Program-made: the position numbers and the translations under genes
In this document: positions 62,096 to 64,000 of the stretch, one piece after another
How positions within the stretch are numbered: position 1 is the first letter of the stretch
How the letters are laid out: each line of letters begins with the position of its first letter
The notes under the pieces: model-generated
Databases searched by the model: none
What the model saw: the letters and a program-made list of their open reading frames with translations, nothing else
Told to the model about the DNA's origin: nothing
From: an uncultured Enterobacterales bacterium
GTDB taxonomy: Bacteria > Pseudomonadota > Gammaproteobacteria > Enterobacterales > Succinivibrionaceae
Direction of reading: 5' to 3'
DNA: 64,000 bases
Assembly: GCA_964615195.1 (NCBI GenBank)
Contig: CAZTNG010000002.1
Coordinates: 4,524 to 68,523, forward strand

Positions 62096-63022
62096 TTATT
62101 TTTCTAATCTGTTTTTATTCAAATCAAAAGGCGTCGTTTGATACAAATAATAATTCAACCAATTTGCAAATAATAAGTACCCATGACTTCTCCATGAACA
62201 CAAAGGGGTGTTTTCTGGATCATTATTAGGATAATAATTCTCAGGTATAGTTGGACTAATACCTGCATTTAAATCTCGACGATATTCATTATCTAAAGTT
62301 TGTGCATCATATTCTGGGTGGCCTGTAACATAAACCTGACGACGATCTGGAGAAACTGCCAAATATACGCCTGTCGCATCAGAATCAGCAAGAATTTCAA
62401 GATCTGTATTATCTTCAATAAATTTAGTTTCAAAATTTGCATATCTAGAATGAGGAGCTAGAAAATAGTCATCAAAACCTCTTATTAAAGGATCTGATAC
62501 CTGTGATTTTCTATGTTTAAAAACACCTGATAATTTTGTGACCCTAGTTTGCTTTTGTAAACCATAAAAAACATTTAATGCAGCTTGAGCAGCCCAACAA
62601 TTAAACATAGTACATGTAACGTGTTCAGTTGACCATTTCATTATTTCATTTAATGTATCCCAATATTTTACTTCTTCAAAAGCTACTTTTCCTAATGGAG
62701 CTCCTGTTATAATCATTCCATCATAAAATTTATCCTTTACATCATCAAAACTTCTATAGAAAGAATCTAAATGAGCTTTAGGTGTATTCTTAGACACATG
62801 ATCATCAATACGTAATAAATCTACTATTACTTGAAGTGGAGTATTTGAAAGTTTTCTTAAAAATTGCGTTTCAGTTTCAATTTTTTTTGGCATTAAATTT
62901 AGAATTAAAACGTGCAATGGCCTAATATCTTGGTGAACGGCTCTTGTTTCAGTCATTACAAAAACTTTTTCAGCAGTTAATATACTAGCAGCTGGTAAAG
63001 CATCAGGAATCTTTATTGGCAT
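62096..63022 (-). CDS. metA: Homoserine O-acyltransferase MetA
   Basis: From the ATG at 63022 the protein begins [11 protein letters not shown]... (E. coli MPIRVPDELPA), with AGAGG 7 nt upstream. [14 protein letters not shown] and GHPEYD motifs. The track start at 63049 adds 9 residues. Confidence 0.92.
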   Translation of the reverse strand: MPIKIPDALPAASILTAEKVFVMTETRAVHQDIRPLHVLILNLMPKKIETETQFLRKLSNTPLQVIVDLLRIDDHVSKNTPKAHLDSFYRSFDDVKDKFYDGMIITGAPLGKVAFEEVKYWDTLNEIMKWSTEHVTCTMFNCWAAQAALNVFYGLQKQTRVTKLSGVFKHRKSQVSDPLIRGFDDYFLAPHSRYANFETKFIEDNTDLEILADSDATGVYLAVSPDRRQVYVTGHPEYDAQTLDNEYRRDLNAGISPTIPENYYPNNDPENTPLCSWRSHGYLLFANWLNYYLYQTTPFDLNKNRLEK

Positions 63023-63142
63023 AATAAAACCTCTGTCTACATAAAACATGTCATATTATACACTCATAGCTAATGTTTATCATAAAATTAAAATAGCACA
63101 TAAAAGGTGGTAGAATAAACTAAAAAAATTAGGAATTTAACA

Positions 63143-64000
63143 ATGAACATTGAAATGATCTCTACAGGTGATGAACTTATAACTGGTTTTATTACAGATA
63201 CAAACGCTAGTTTCCTGTCTAGTGAACTATTGAATATAGGAATTCAAATGACTAGACGTAGTACTGTTTCTGACAATTTAAATTCCCTTGTAGATATATT
63301 CAAAGAACGAAGTATGCATGCTGATATCATTATTGTTAACGGTGGTTTGGGTCCAACAACAGACGATCTCACAACTGAAGCCGCAGCTATCGCTTCTGGG
63401 AAACCGCTTGTATTGTACAATGAGTGGTATGAACACATACATAAATGGTATCTATCTAGAAAAAGAGAGATGCCAGAAGGAAACATTAAGCAAGCAATGC
63501 TTCCTCAAAGTAGTCATATAGTAAATAACACTATAGGTACAGCTTGTGGGTTTTCAATAAAAATAAATAATTGTGTATTTTATTTTACCCCTGGAGTCCC
63601 TTCTGAATTTAAAAAAATGATTAAAGATGAAATAATACCTTTAATATTAAAACAATATGTATTACCACAAGAACACATTGCAAAAGTTCAAAGATTTTTC
63701 ATTTTTGGCATCAGTGAGTCTGCTATTGGAGATATTTTAAAAAAATTATGTCGGCCTCAAAATATAACTATAGGGTACCGAGTAGATTCACCTTATATAG
63801 AATTGAAACTTATTTCTAATAATGCTAACAATGCTGATTTTATAAACGCTGAAAAATTATTAAAAAGCAAAACCAAAAACTTTATTGTAGCTGAAAATAT
63901 CTTTGATTTTTATGATCAAATCGCTAATAAATTGAATAATATAAACTTGAATATAATTGATAACACCGGCCTAGATTTAAATTTTAGTGAATTATTACTT
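63143..64000 (+). CDS. cinA: CinA-like protein (MoCF-binding N-domain; YfaY/CinA family). The 3' end runs off the window.
   Basis: Not in the track because there is no stop. My translation from the ATG at 63143 (AGGAA RBS) gives MNIEMISTGDELITGFITDTNASFL...IIIVNGGLGPTTDDLT...IGTACGF...FYFTPGVPSEFKKM, open to nt 64000. Confidence 0.85.
   Translation, partial: MNIEMISTGDELITGFITDTNASFLSSELLNIGIQMTRRSTVSDNLNSLVDIFKERSMHADIIIVNGGLGPTTDDLTTEAAAIASGKPLVLYNEWYEHIHKWYLSRKREMPEGNIKQAMLPQSSHIVNNTIGTACGFSIKINNCVFYFTPGVPSEFKKMIKDEIIPLILKQYVLPQEHIAKVQRFFIFGISESAIGDILKKLCRPQNITIGYRVDSPYIELKLISNNANNADFINAEKLLKSKTKNFIVAENIFDFYDQIANKLNNINLNIIDNTGLDLNFSELLL

Noticed and set aside
1-64000. A search for CRISPR arrays, tRNA/rRNA genes, IS elements, integrases, toxin-antitoxin pairs and defence genes.
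   Set aside because: I saw no regularly spaced direct repeats, no cloverleaf-like GC-rich islands in the intergenic regions, and no transposase, integrase or nuclease-like ORFs. Every ORF above about 100 aa is accounted for by a housekeeping, secretion or pilus family, apart from 18184-18705. A tRNAscan, Infernal or PADLOC run would be needed to be certain.

Overview
Visibly AT-rich gammaproteobacterial chromosome segment. Gene order resembles Vibrio/Aeromonas and, block by block, E. coli. A low-GC Aeromonadales/Succinivibrionaceae-like host is only my guess. I count about 62 protein-coding genes, densely packed. By eye I saw no rRNA, tRNA, CRISPR array, transposase, integrase or prophage.

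Contents from left to right:
- A secreted GH13 alpha-amylase, truncated by the window edge.
- A complete type II secretion operon gspC-N, with nudE coupled to its 3' end.
- hslR-hslO, amtB (with a sigma-54 promoter), bioH, and an orphan two-gene cassette.
- greB and pckA, then nfuA, gpsA-secB-yibN and gpmI-envC.
- A panZ-like GNAT, glpX, pmbA, yjgA and a pspE-like rhodanese.
- tldD, a C-N hydrolase, rng, maf and mreDCB.
- A 15-gene MSHA-type type IV pilus locus (mshI to mshP).
- ssb and uvrA, a DUF2750-like gene, an LTA-synthase-family sulfatase, metA-metH, and a cinA-like gene truncated at the right edge.

Verdict: this is overwhelmingly conserved core genome. I do not see a convincing novel multi-gene system such as a defence island or a toxin locus. 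The best leads for undescribed biology are:
- the orphan pair at 17966-18705;
- the reduced MSHA locus, which has no mshH or mshQ, a single enlarged pilin, a Ser-rich insert in the secretin and a 430-bp AT-rich leader;
- the Cys-rich repeat linker of the amylase next to the T2SS;
- a GreB with a 42-aa C-terminal tail;
- the lack of an SOS box between ssb and uvrA.

All family assignments come from my reading of the translated motifs and from synteny. No database search was run.
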